A stretch of 61,050 nt of DNA, counting the filler, from Squatina squatina (taxonomy: Eukaryota): the NCBI GenBank assembly GCA_031763465.1. It is 4 parts of 4 records of this genome, joined end to end, with 100 filler letters (N's around TTAATTAATTAA, not from the genome) between each part and the next. Parts side by side here need not be neighbours in the genome. Positions count along the whole stretch, not along the records: positions 32,262 to 46,232 come from JARFOE010000005.1; positions 46,333 to 61,050 come from JARFOE010000233.1; 2 more parts are not named here. One strand, given 5' to 3'. Each line of letters starts with the position of its first letter. Within the stretch, counting starts at the first letter, position 1. Below are positions 39,050 through 50,885 of the stretch, piece after piece. Both the position numbers and the translations under genes were made by a program. The notes under the pieces are model-generated. The model was given only the letters and a program-made list of their open reading frames with translations. It was not told the origin of the DNA and searched no databases.

Positions 39050-39744
39050 GGTGAACAGAAGTAGCCTTAAGGAGTAACAGTTCAAATTTTCTATTGCTCC
39101 CTTTGGGAAGTCCTCCGTTTCTACATTGTACATTCGCACAATAGTGCGGCTGTTATAACCACAGAATCCCCCAGTACCACTGGAATTCCGGTGTGCGTAG
39201 GAAAGGGGCTCTTGAAATCGGTTCTACGTACAAACTGAGAGGGGGCCGCCCTCTCACATCTCAGGTGGCCTCTTTTATACTGACTCCATCTAATTGAAAG
39301 CAAGTGCCCTTGAGACCGCGAGGCTTTGAATCCCTAATATCGCAGTTGGTGAATTTTTGTTTTAAATGGCAAATTATTTAACCTGGCGCCTATGCAAAAT
39401 GAAGTATGAACATTCAAATAAATTACGGAATGCTTGAAGTCGAACACTTCTTGGATTTGATTCAACTTTGCCTAAGCTTTTTCGGGTTGCCTTGTTTACA
39501 ATTGGCAGGATTAAAAAGAGAGCATTCTTGTTTTAAAAGATGACATCCATTCCTTCACTGTGAGTAATAAATCAATATTACAGGAACGTCACTCAGCTGA
39601 CAGTATTTCCAGTCTGTCAGAGTCTGATAAATCAGAACTGATGCATTTCCTCGTACTTCCACATTCTCTCATCATCTTCATATTTTCAGTTGTGTTTTTT
39701 TTTTCTTCTGCATTTCTACTTCCACATTTATCTAACTTGTACTT
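39050..39744 (-). pseudogene. Herpesvirus UL31 (nuclear egress)-like remnant, possibly overlapped by a UL32-like C-terminus
   Basis: Minus strand, in order: KATRKSLG..RLQAFRNLFE (HSV RASRKSLP..RQRYRGLFA), RLNNLPFKTK (RSLSVPLVKT), GTCFQLDGVS (DNCLTLSGMG), LLLFTTQQ (LILAFVQQ). Needs several frameshifts. Confidence 0.4.
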
Positions 39745-39844
39745 NNNNNNNNNNNNNNNNNNNNNNNNNNNNNNNNNNNNNNNNNNNNNNNNNNNNNNNN
39801 NNNNNNNNNNNNNNNNNNNNNNNNNNNNNNNNNNNNNNNNNNNN

Positions 39845-40203
39845 TCAACGGAGGAAGAGGAAAAAGGCAGGACCCAGCCTTGGCCTTGGGGAAAAGTTCA
39901 CAGATCCAGAATAAATCATACCGATATCTCAAAGAAGCACAGCCTAAGGAGATCCAGGCTCAGCAGGGAAATCATGACTGAGCTATGCCAATTAACAGCA
40001 GCTGATTTGGAGGCCCTTGGTGACTTCCACTGCTTTGCCTGTGGCTGTTAAATTGACAGCAACCATAAGTTTCTTTGCTATAGGGTTGTTGCAGGCACCA
40101 GGAGGAGATTGTGCTGGCATTAGTCAGTGCACCACATCCACCTGTATTCAGAACGTGACTAATGCACTGCCCCACAAGCCTGGCAGATTCATCTATTTTC
40201 CAG
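39845..40203 (+). mobile_element. PIF/Harbinger transposase (HARBI1-like) N-terminal remnant
   Basis: LRRSRLSREIMTELCQL..(frameshift)TALPVAVKLTATISFFAIGLLQAPGGDCAGISQCTTSTCIQNVTNAL..FIYFP. Confidence 0.9.
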
Positions 40204-40699
40204 GAGTCCTGAGAGACAGCTGGCCAGACAGCAAAAGATTTCAGGTTAAAAATAAAAAACTGCAAAAAGTTGGAAATCAGGCATAAAAATAGAAAATGCA
40301 CAATAGGTCAGCGAGCATGTGAAAGTCAGGCTAACATTTGCAGTGTGACCTTTCATCGGAGAATTATTATGTTGCTAATTTTCCAAGAATCCCGAGTCTG
40401 GTTATCTGCACCCACATGGACACACAGAAATTGTTGGTCAATCCAATAGCTTACATCCATGCTGAGGGCTTCCATTCCCTCAACATGCCAGGGGTCAGTC
40501 TACTGTGATGTTCAACAAATTATCTTGGCGAATATAAAACTCCCATGGTAGGTATTTGACTCATTGATGAAGAATTAGTCAAGTTCAAACTAGCCTAGTT
40601 AGCTGAGCAGGATAGCTAACTGCTTTTTGGTACATCTTGAAAGGATAGCTCATGATAACATTAGCCAATCTTCATATGCTAGTTATCAGAACAACTACA

Positions 40700-40965
40700 T
40701 GACTTTTTGGAAGGATAGGCAGGAAGAAAAAGGTGGTGGGGTAGCTCTGTTATTAAAAGATGAAGTAAGTGGTGTTGGGAGAGATGGTCTCGGCTCAGAA
40801 GAGGTAGAGTCCATTTGGGTGGAGATAAAAAATAACAAGGGAAGGAAGAGTGGATAGGGGTGAACCAGTGGGTGTGGAGTATTTGGACTTCCAGAAGGCT
40901 TTTGATAAGGTCCCACACAAGAGATTAATTTGCAAATTTGAAGCACATGGTACTGGGGGTAATGT
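40700..40965 (+). mobile_element. CR1 LINE remnant (APE endonuclease piece joined to RT piece)
   Basis: KDRQEEKGGGVALLLK..VESIWVEIKN and GEPVGVEYLDFQKAFDKVPHKRLICKFEAHG. Confidence 0.9.
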
Positions 40966-41383
40966 NNNNNNNNNNNNNNNNNNNNNNNNNNNNNNNNNNN
41001 NNNNNNNNNNNNNNNNNNNNNNNNNNNNNNNNNNNNNNNNNNNNNNNNNNNNNNNNNNNNNNNNNTGATCAAACAAAGTAACAGAATGCTCATCCATCCC
41101 ACTCTGTGTGGCAGTCCTCCACAGACGATGTACCCCACCTCCTGCACCCCAGCCCCGCGCCCCAGCAAATATTGTGCCATCTCCATCTAATCAGAACACA
41201 ATTAAAATTGTGGAGCGAGCGGCCTTGGTCTGGAGTTCGATTTCTCTGATCAGATGAACTGGTTCCTTAATGCCGAATGTTTGAAAGATGTTCCGCTTTT
41301 TTAGGAACGGATAAGATCCCAGAAGAATGACGGCTTAAACCATGCAGTAAATAATGTACAGGATGTAGGATCTGAACACAGAT

Positions 41384-42310
41384 GTGCTTACTCCTGGAAG
41401 TAACAGCATGAAGTACTTTTTTAAAGTATTATGTACGGAGCGCTGCAAGATCAATGCGAGCCATTCAAATTTATATGTTTGTTAAAATCGCTTTACTACA
41501 CTTTGAAGTGGAAACAATAGTGTTAGGAAATGGAATATTTTTCACAAGCACACTTTGTTTAATGGGGAACATGAATTTGAATGCATTGTCCACCTTCAAC
41601 GGACTTCCATGGATCTCCTGTAAAATAGTTAAACAGCACAGAGCGGTGTTAAATTGTACCAAACTCATTTCAGGGATTGTGTTGAATACTTGGCACATAC
41701 TCAGTCAGAAGAGGATTATTGCACTGGTATCAAACGATAATGGTAGCGCTTTGAAAAATGACCTAGAGGACAAAAGTCAACATCTCTTGACCTGCCACGG
41801 TACATTGACTCATTATGTTAAGAAGCTCTCAGAAACCTCATCTAAACTCTGACTCATTAATGACTGTTAATCTGCTGCAAATTACATCTGAGTCATGCTT
41901 AATTGGCCTTTGGAATCAATAACTCGTCAGTAAACTTTATTGATTTCAATGGGCAAGTTGCTAATAAAACCAAAGGATTAATGGGCAACCTCCTGGATTC
42001 GAATTATGCTTTTCTATGTAAAATCCAGAATGATTGTTGTATACTTTTGGGGTATGAGCATCAGGAATGCACTCTGTATTTGTATTTCCCATGCCAGACT
42101 ACAAGATTTGCTATAAATAATGAGACCGGCATTATTCTATTTTCTAACACACGTACCTTACTCATGCATTTTGAAACATGCCAATCAACGTGGGATGGGA
42201 ATATAGATAAATATTAATATTTTTGCACTTTGTACCTAATGGCAATACTCCTACGTCAGATGTGCCTGGCAAATTAGGGCTAATAATAAAATGCCATGGC
42301 AGAGAACCTC
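41384..42310 (+). pseudogene. Herpesvirus large tegument protein (UL36/BPLF1/ORF64) N-terminal deubiquitinase, peptidase C76-like remnant
   Basis: Collinear motifs versus recalled EBV BPLF1: QCEPFKFICLLKSL (41452-41493; QCVSNCVLYLVKSF), VETIVLGNG (LDEVLDEG), GLP..RAVLNCTKLISGIVL (41640-41684; DVP..RVHIYRSAEIFGLVL), LYLYFPCQ (42074-42097; FYLFDPHCQ), EY..FLHFVP (42220-42237; QYTCVHLYFLP). Frameshifted. Confidence 0.75.
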
Positions 42311-42645
42311 TTCTCCTCCAGTCTCCAAAAGCAACTGCTGGAGCCCTATCTTTTATCATCTTAATCATTATTTTGACTTTCCATAGCATGACACGTAACT
42401 AATACACTGTTAAATGTCAGTGCAGTTTTCAGTTGTGGATTTATATCTGTGGGAAAGTAGATTTAGGACAGTTCATAATTTTGGGGGAAACACCTTTACC
42501 CCCTTGAAGTCGATATTCACTTCAGGTTTTACCTCATGTAAAAAAAAAAGGTTTTTCATGCAATAGCATCACTGTTTCATCACCCTTTTATATAGTGTAA
42601 AATAAAATCTCCGACCATACCGGAAATAACTATCTTTTCTTTGTC

Positions 42646-42757
42646 TGAACAAAGAAATGGCAGACCAATTGAATACATATTTTGGTTCTGTCTTCACAAA
42701 GGAGGACACAAATAACCTCCCAGAAATGTTAGGGAACCTAGGGTCCAGTGAGAGGGA
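42646..42757 (+). mobile_element. CR1 LINE ORF2 fragment
   Basis: NKEMADQLNTYFGSVFTKEDTNNLPE. Confidence 0.85.
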
Positions 42758-44895
42758 NNNNNNNNNNNNNNNNNNNNNNNNNNNNNNNNNNNNNNNNNNN
42801 NNNNNNNNNNNNNNNNNNNNNNNNNNNNNNNNNNNNNNNNNNNNNNNNNNNNNNNNNCTGGGGCACAAAGGCTTTTGCGCCTGGCCAGCTGAATCTCGGC
42901 GCGTGACATCATCAAGACATGCGCAGACAGGCACCAGGCAGCTGCAACCTCCTTTGCGCCCACAGGAGGCAGCTGCAGCACCCCTCTTAAAGAGTACAGC
43001 GAGTTCAGTACTTCAGCTGATCCCTACTTAGCTGCCTTAAATCCAATCTTCTATTTTACTTTAAACTCATCGGCCATGCGAGAATAGCCCTCCTTTGAAA
43101 GCTATAATGTAAGAACTGATAAATGAAATGACGTTACTTTACTTGGAAATTTTAGGCAATATATTCAGGGTACTGAAACTGGAAGCTAAAAAGTTAAACA
43201 GTGTAGTTCTGAAGTGAAATGATGGAGAAGATGTTGGATAACTGTAGGGGGTAGGGTGCTAAAGTGCCTGTAATGCCCATTTCAATCCCTTCCGCTGATT
43301 TGAACATCACAGATTTCATTATAGATTACACAAATTCCATGACTTACCACAGATTAACTTGCCCTTTTCTATAATCACAGCAAATTTAGAAATACGGAGG
43401 TGAGGTGAATCTTGAAAATGAATTAAACGTGGCTAACCCAAAAGACAATGAAGGAGTTGATAATGAATGTCTAGTGAAAGCTATCCGAGATCTGATGCGC
43501 CTCGGGTTAGAGTTTGAACCCCGCTCATTCCTGCTATATAATATTGAGCAGCAATAACAGACCCCCACTCAACCCAGTATGTTAACACNNNNNNNNNNNN
43601 NNNNNNNNNNNNNNNNNNNNNNNNNNNNNNNNNNNNNNNNNNNNNNNNNNNNNNNNNNNNNNNNNNNNNNNNNNNNNNNNNNNNNNNNTTTATACATATC
43701 TCATGCCACTGAATCTTCAGTACAACTCCAGCCTACCACCAGCTCAGCCAATTAGACTTTTATTCATGAGTGACTTTAGATGGAGCAAGTGGCCAGGCAG
43801 ACTCATCATGGGTCACATTGCAACAGAGCTCAAACCTTTCCTCACCTAATGGTCATTCACACTTCCTCCTTCCAGCTGCGGCTACTGGACAGTTATCAGG
43901 AGCAGGAGCCCTGGGTGAGCTTTGGTATTTGCTTTCCCTCGTCAAGGATGCTGAGGCTAACTATAGCACCACTATCGTGGGGTCCATTCTACTTACAGAA
44001 GCTCAATCCAACTGAGCTACATTTGAAAATGCTTGCACACACCTGAATTCTCCCCTCTCCATTCGTATCTATTTAGATTTGAATACAAATTGGGTCCTAA
44101 ACTGTTTCTGAAACCAATCATTCAGGAAATAGCACATGTATTACAGGAAAAAATATCCTTGGGCTGTGATCTGCAGTAATAGCTGGTCCTGTATTGTAAA
44201 GTAACCCTTTGCTCAATCAGTTAACATTACAGTTGCTATGGGACCTCAATGGAGGCATGCAGTCAGTGATTTGTTTAGCTCAAGACAACATTTGATGAAA
44301 ATGGTGCACTTTGCAATCCCAATTACCTCGTAAAAACAGAATCACTGAAAGAACTGAATCTAAAGGCATTCAACCACACGCTCAAATAAACGGTTCTTGA
44401 TCATCTGAATCTTTACACAGCCTGTTAAAAATTGGAAATGGTTCTTTCAGGAGATCATGATTTGCTTCTCATGTGCTCCTTGTAATTATTATCACCAGCC
44501 CAAAAGTAATAAAAAGTAATTCATATACCAACAAAGAATATATTTCGCTTTCTGGTATTTTAACGCACACTTTGTTATGGGGAAAAAGTCTGATGACATT
44601 TATGGCACATGTTACAGTTTCAGTATATTCATTGCCGCGATGTGCTAAACAGGCTGAATATCTATTGCATAATGTGTAGATTGGAGAGTTTCGGTTCTGT
44701 AGGCTTAATTAGTAACAGTTTAACACAGGTACTTCTAAATAGTTTTACTATTTAATAAAGTTCCTTCAATTTTGATTTGAAATGAGTAAATCCTGTCAAT
44801 GTAATCCCTGAGACATCGAAAGTAGGTTTCTAAAGTATGAGATTTCCCTGCCAGTGAGAGGGATGTGTGCTCATTCTGCCCATGGGAAGGGGTTA

Positions 44896-45382
44896 TGTAA
44901 TGTCAGCACTCTCTCCACTGACTCTGAAGGTCGCGAGTTCAACCTCCACTCCAGGACTTGAGCACACAATTCAGGCTGACATTTCAGTGCAGTATTAAGG
45001 GAGGTGCTGTCTTTTGGATGAGACATTACTTCACAGCTAATAAACTGTAGTTGTTCTGTGGGAAAATGCAACAGCCAATTTGCACGCAGCAAGCTCTCGC
45101 AAACAGCAATGTGGTAACTGAGCTGTTTTAGTGATGTTGGTTGAGGGATATATATTAATCAGGACACTGGGGAGAAATCCTCTGCTCTTTGAAATAGTGT
45201 CATGGGATCTTTTCCATCCCCTTCGAGTGCAGACAGGGCCTCGGTATGAAGTTTCATCCGAAAGACGGCACCTCCCTCAGTACTGCCCTGAGTCAGCCTC
45301 AAGTGAAGTCTCTGGAGTGGGACACAAACCCACAGCCTTTAGACTCTGCCGAGAGTGAGCTGCTAACTGAGCCACAGCTAAC
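44896..45382. mobile_element. Two Deu-domain SINE copies in inverted orientation
   Basis: Plus-strand head to ggatgagac (about 44896-45028), then a minus-strand copy ending ctgagccacagctaaca. Confidence 0.8.
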
Positions 45383-46276
45383 ACTCTGACAGTGCCCAGT
45401 CGAACAAGATTTGGCATCATTGATTCAGACTTCAGTCTGAAGCTCATGTGTTCTAATGGAAGTAAATTCACCGAGAGAAAAGTNNNNNNNNNNNNNNNNN
45501 NNNNNNNNNNNNNNNNNNNNNNNNNNNNNNNNNNNNNNNNNNNNNNNNNNNNNNNNNNNNNNNNNNNNNNNNNNNNNNNNNNNCACATTGCCAGTGGAAG
45601 AAAAAGACTGAAAGTACCCCTGATGCCATGGCTAGCTTATTTCAACTCTTTATTTTCAAGGTTTGCTTCTTTATACAGAAGCCATGACAAGTCATTTAAG
45701 ACTATTTAAAATAAAGTGCCTGCCACTGGGAAATAATTAATGTTGCTTTTAGAGTGCAACTTGTTTGCATGTTTCGTTCTGTAGTAATCTGTGATAAATA
45801 CCCAACTCGTCTTTGAAGTGCACACAAGGAAAACAATACCGACTGGAGTACATTAATTGATTAAACTTCAGTTTTTAAACTTGACAGGTGATAAGCAATT
45901 TTTCCCGATTGGCATTTAAAGACTGGAACTCTCTCGCATCATTAGATGAATCATTCTGTTGCACAATGCTCCAAAAGCTATTTGAAAAATGAGTGTTATT
46001 GTTAGGTTAACAGTGAAGTTATATTGGAAGAACCAGCAGATGGTGCTTATTCATGATGGTATTTGCTGGAATGTGATGTTTGCCAGTAATGCACACCTTA
46101 AAGTCGCTGGTCTGGATTTTCCTAAGGGCCAACTGGGAATATGTAACTGAATCTACTTATCAGTTATTATCCACTGCTGGTGTTAATCATTGGATTAAAA
46201 TATATGAAGAACTACCAGCCTTGTGTTCCAATNNNNNNNNNNNNNNNNNNNNNNNNNNNNNNNNNNNNNNNNNNNN

Positions 46277-46288
46277 TTAATTAATTAA
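46277..46288. other. Synthetic scaffold linker TTAATTAATTAA
   Basis: Same construct as at 13444. Confidence 0.95.
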
Positions 46289-46332
46289 NNNNNNNNNNNN
46301 NNNNNNNNNNNNNNNNNNNNNNNNNNNNNNNN

Positions 46333-46565
<233 letters not shown>

Positions 46566-46904
46566 TAGAGTTGTGTTTTAGTGTTCTAGCCACTTTTTTT
46601 TATATTTAAAAAAAAATGTGCAAAACCTCAAGTACAGGCCATTTTCTATGGTGCAACTCCAGATATTTAGATGCATATTTGTTGGAACTTTTGACTTAAC
46701 ATGCCAAATATAGTATCTAAATTGTTCAGAGGTTTTTGTTCCGTTTGAAAATGAACTCAAATTGTATTGTTGCTGGTTTGCATTTGCTTTGCCAAGATAT
46801 GACTATAGAACTGTTTACAAGATGCTATTTAAAGGAATTTACAATGATATAGATTCATTGCCTAGTTCGTGCTGTGTAAAGGTAAAATGGTTCACATTCA
46901 CATT

Positions 46905-47185
46905 TTAGAATCAGACAATGATGCAGCACAGAAGGAGACTATTTGGCCTTTGTGCAGGCTCTTCAAAAGAGCTATCCAATTGGTCCCCTTTCCCCATAGC
47001 CCTATTCTTTTCCTTCAAGTATTTATCCATATCTCCTTTGGAAAGTTGTTTTTGAATTTGCCTCCACCATCTTTTCAGACAGTCCATCCAGATCATAACT
47101 CACTTTTTTTAAATCTCCTGATTCCCTCTGGTTACTGACCTTTCTGCCACTAGAAACTGTTTCTCCTTATTTACTCTTATAAAAA
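46905..47185 (-). mobile_element. Decayed CR1 LINE 3' end
   Basis: Minus strand reads QKQLSKGDMDKYLKEK then a tail ending ..ggccaaatagtctccttctgtgctg. Confidence 0.6.
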
Positions 47186-49122
47186 NNNNNNNNNNNNNNN
47201 NNNNNNNNNNNNNNNNNNNNNNNNNNNNNNNNNNNNNNNNNNNNNNNNNNNNNNNNNNNNNNNNNNNNNNNNNNNNNNNNNNNNNCAGTGTTTCAGCCAG
47301 GGGCTGAAAATGATGGCTTTGAACTTTTTACTGTTTAGATGGAGGAAATTGCAGCTCATCCAAGACCAGATGTCAGACGAGCAGTTTGGCACAAATTAAA
47401 GGTCAGATATTGCATTTACCTGATCCTTGCACAACCTAAAGAAAGTAACCAGATTATGGCTACCTGCGTTATCCAAGTTATTCCACTTTTAGATGCGGCC
47501 TTTTACATTAATCTGATTCCCTCTAGGCTTTCTTCACGCTTGGAGGTACAAAATACCATGTGTTGAGAATTAATTTTTTTCGAAGCTTCATGGAAAGAGG
47601 TTGAGTACAGGAAGCTTGCCAAAAGATAATCAAATCAGTGTATGGATTTTTAGTGGGATCAAAATTTCAACTACATATCAAACCTGTCTGCAGTAGTACT
47701 TAGTGCTACCAAGGTTTTGTTTGTATATCTAAATTCCAGACTTTTTAATTCTGAACTTCCTTTTTACTGAAGTAATAGTTCTTCCAGAATTTCCCTTGTT
47801 TTTTAATGAACCTTTTTTGTCGTTCTGTTTTGATAATCATTCGAATCAACTGCCACAACTACTCTGAACACAACAAAAACAATGGTGATATTTCATGCAC
47901 GAAGTAAATCAGTACAGGGAAATGATCTGATTTAAATTACTACTCAATCCAGTTTATAAGTAGTGCTACCAGCCATTTTTTTTTAAAGAGGTGAGGCATA
48001 TATTTCAGTCCACAAACTTGTTATCACAATATTTGGTTATATATTTTCAACCTTTATCATTTTGCAAACNNNNNNNNNNNNNNNNNNNNNNNNNNNNNNN
48101 NNNNNNNNNNNNNNNNNNNNNNNNNNNNNNNNNNNNNNNNNNNNNNNNNNNNNNNNNNNNNNNNNNNNNCTTGCCTCCAGGGCTTGTCAAAGGTTGAGAG
48201 ATGTGGGCCAGAAAATGTAATTTTCTGCTGGAATTGTTCATAAATATGCATGGACAAAAATAGATTTAAGAGCTCACACTGACTTGTCATTTCCCACCCT
48301 GGAGGTGCAAGTTTGAACTATGCTTTCACGGCTGGTGAAGTAATACATTTAAAGCGGTTATCATCTTTATTTCAAACCTGCTGTAGAGGATGGGGTTCTA
48401 ATCCTTATTGTGTTGCTAATGTGCTTTTTTTTTAAAATTTAAGCAGGAATGTAAAGCAAACTTAAAATGCTTAGAAATGGGACTTAAACTGCTTTAACAA
48501 CAATGTTTTCAAGGTAGCTTTATGCAGAAATGGTATGTCTGGATAGTGCAGATAGGTAGTGGTGTGTGAAGTCTCCAGAACTTTGATATGATTTGGCATA
48601 CTAGACTATTTCTGTTGTACCGCAATGCAGATGTAGAGAGATGCCACTGTTCAAATTTGCAGCTATCTTTTAGCTACTGAAATCTTTAAATAAACTAAGC
48701 CTACAGGGCCCTAAACATGCAGCGCATTTCCACCTCCCCTGCTGGTGTGGTACAAAGATTGCTGTGAAACTGGTCTTTGACACTCAGTGTTGACAAGGCA
48801 AGCTGCAGTACTGCAATAGAGGGGTCTCTCTGGATCCTTGTAGGAGTTGATCTCCCACAAATAGAGTTCAGACCCTGATGCTGACTGAAGAATACTCTGA
48901 CAAAATCAAATCTGATCCAACTTTATTAGCAATTAAACAGTACTTCTTGCATTAACTATGCTCAAAAACAAAACCTATGGCTTCACACAATAACCGTTAA
49001 CTTATACACTCACGAACGGTCANNNNNNNNNNNNNNNNNNNNNNNNNNNNNNNNNNNNNNNNNNNNNNNNNNNNNNNNNNNNNNNNNNNNNNNNNNNNNN
49101 NNNNNNNNNNNNNNNNNNNNNN

Positions 49123-49313
<191 letters not shown>

Positions 49314-50609
49314 TAAGAGCAAGTGCTTCATGAAGTTTACCAAGAGGCTGAATTAAGTAAATCTGGCTGCCGAAACATTGATTTCATCATGCTAAACTGT
49401 GACCTGGATGTTGGCCAGTCTGGTGGAATAATGTAATTAAGATGTAACAAATGTTGGAAATGAAATATGAATATAAAGATGTAGTCTTGATGCACTAATT
49501 GCTGATCTATGTTGAAGCATAATAGCTATACTATGGCTTGCTGCCATTTTGTTATAAAATCAGGTAATATTTAACTACTCCCAATATCTTGTTTGTTCTA
49601 ATGCTATTGTCTCTGATTTCGGTGTCTTTATTTCCTTAACAGTTTTGAGTAGAAACGATGTTCTCAACTCTGACTAATTATTTCTTCATTTTGTTCAGTT
49701 TCTACATATCAATAAGTCTCATCCATAAAACCAGAAAGTCACGTGAGACAGTATCCACCTTTTGGTGCTATAGACAAAGCATGCTCTTTTCCTATCCTGC
49801 CCAAAGTGTATCTTAGCTTCTGTCAATAACTCATCAGGAAATGTCCATTACTCACTCAATTGATCCTCATGTTGCAAGTAGTATCCTTCATTTTTGTAAA
49901 AAGTTGATGCTGTTAGGACATTTTCTGTCTGCTTTCTGAATTTGTTTTGATTTTACATTCTCTAAGTTGGTCAGTGGGGTGCATTTGTTGCTTTGGCTGC
50001 TCTGGTTAAGTTTCCTTCAGTTAGTCCTTTTAAGCCAGCTACAAGATCTGCAAATCCAGTAATAGATCCATGGTAGTGACCAGCAACCTTGAGCATTGTT
50101 ATAGTTCCTACTGTTTGTTTTGATGAACAACCCAAAAAAAAACTGCAGCTGAGTCACATACTGTGTTGGCTGACTTGTCTTATTGCTTAAATTAAACAGT
50201 TAATGGATAAGGTATTAGTCCTAGTAGTCACATTAGGCTTTGGTTCATGTCTCTACTGGGTATGATCTTGTGTCACTATTGAATTGTGATGCCATTCTAC
50301 TGATGCCAATGAATGACTGAGACTCTGAACCAGAAATAAGTACTAACCCTTTCCAGCTGACTNNNNNNNNNNNNNNNNNNNNNNNNNNNNNNNNNNNNNN
50401 NNNNNNNNNNNNNNNNNNNNNNNNNNNNNNNNNNNNNNNNNNNNNNNNNNNNNNNNNNNNNNTAGAAAACAACAAGCACTCATTTGAGGAGTCCTGCTGG
50501 AGTCAGGGGGAGGGGAGGGGAGGGGTGGAGGAGGGAGAGAACTGCGTGCCTCAGTGCTCATTTGGTGGGACCACAACTGCTTCTCATTTACTGACCTGGA
50601 TTCAGAGAC

Positions 50610-50885
<276 letters not shown>

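Noticed and set aside
41224-43518. LGLEF peptide occurring twice (about 41224 and 43501)
   Set aside because: Only five residues with unrelated flanks; likely chance.
32262-46232. Telomeric (TTAGGG)n arrays as used by HHV-6 and Marek's disease virus for integration
   Set aside because: None visible in the sequenced part, so the integration mechanism cannot be inferred.
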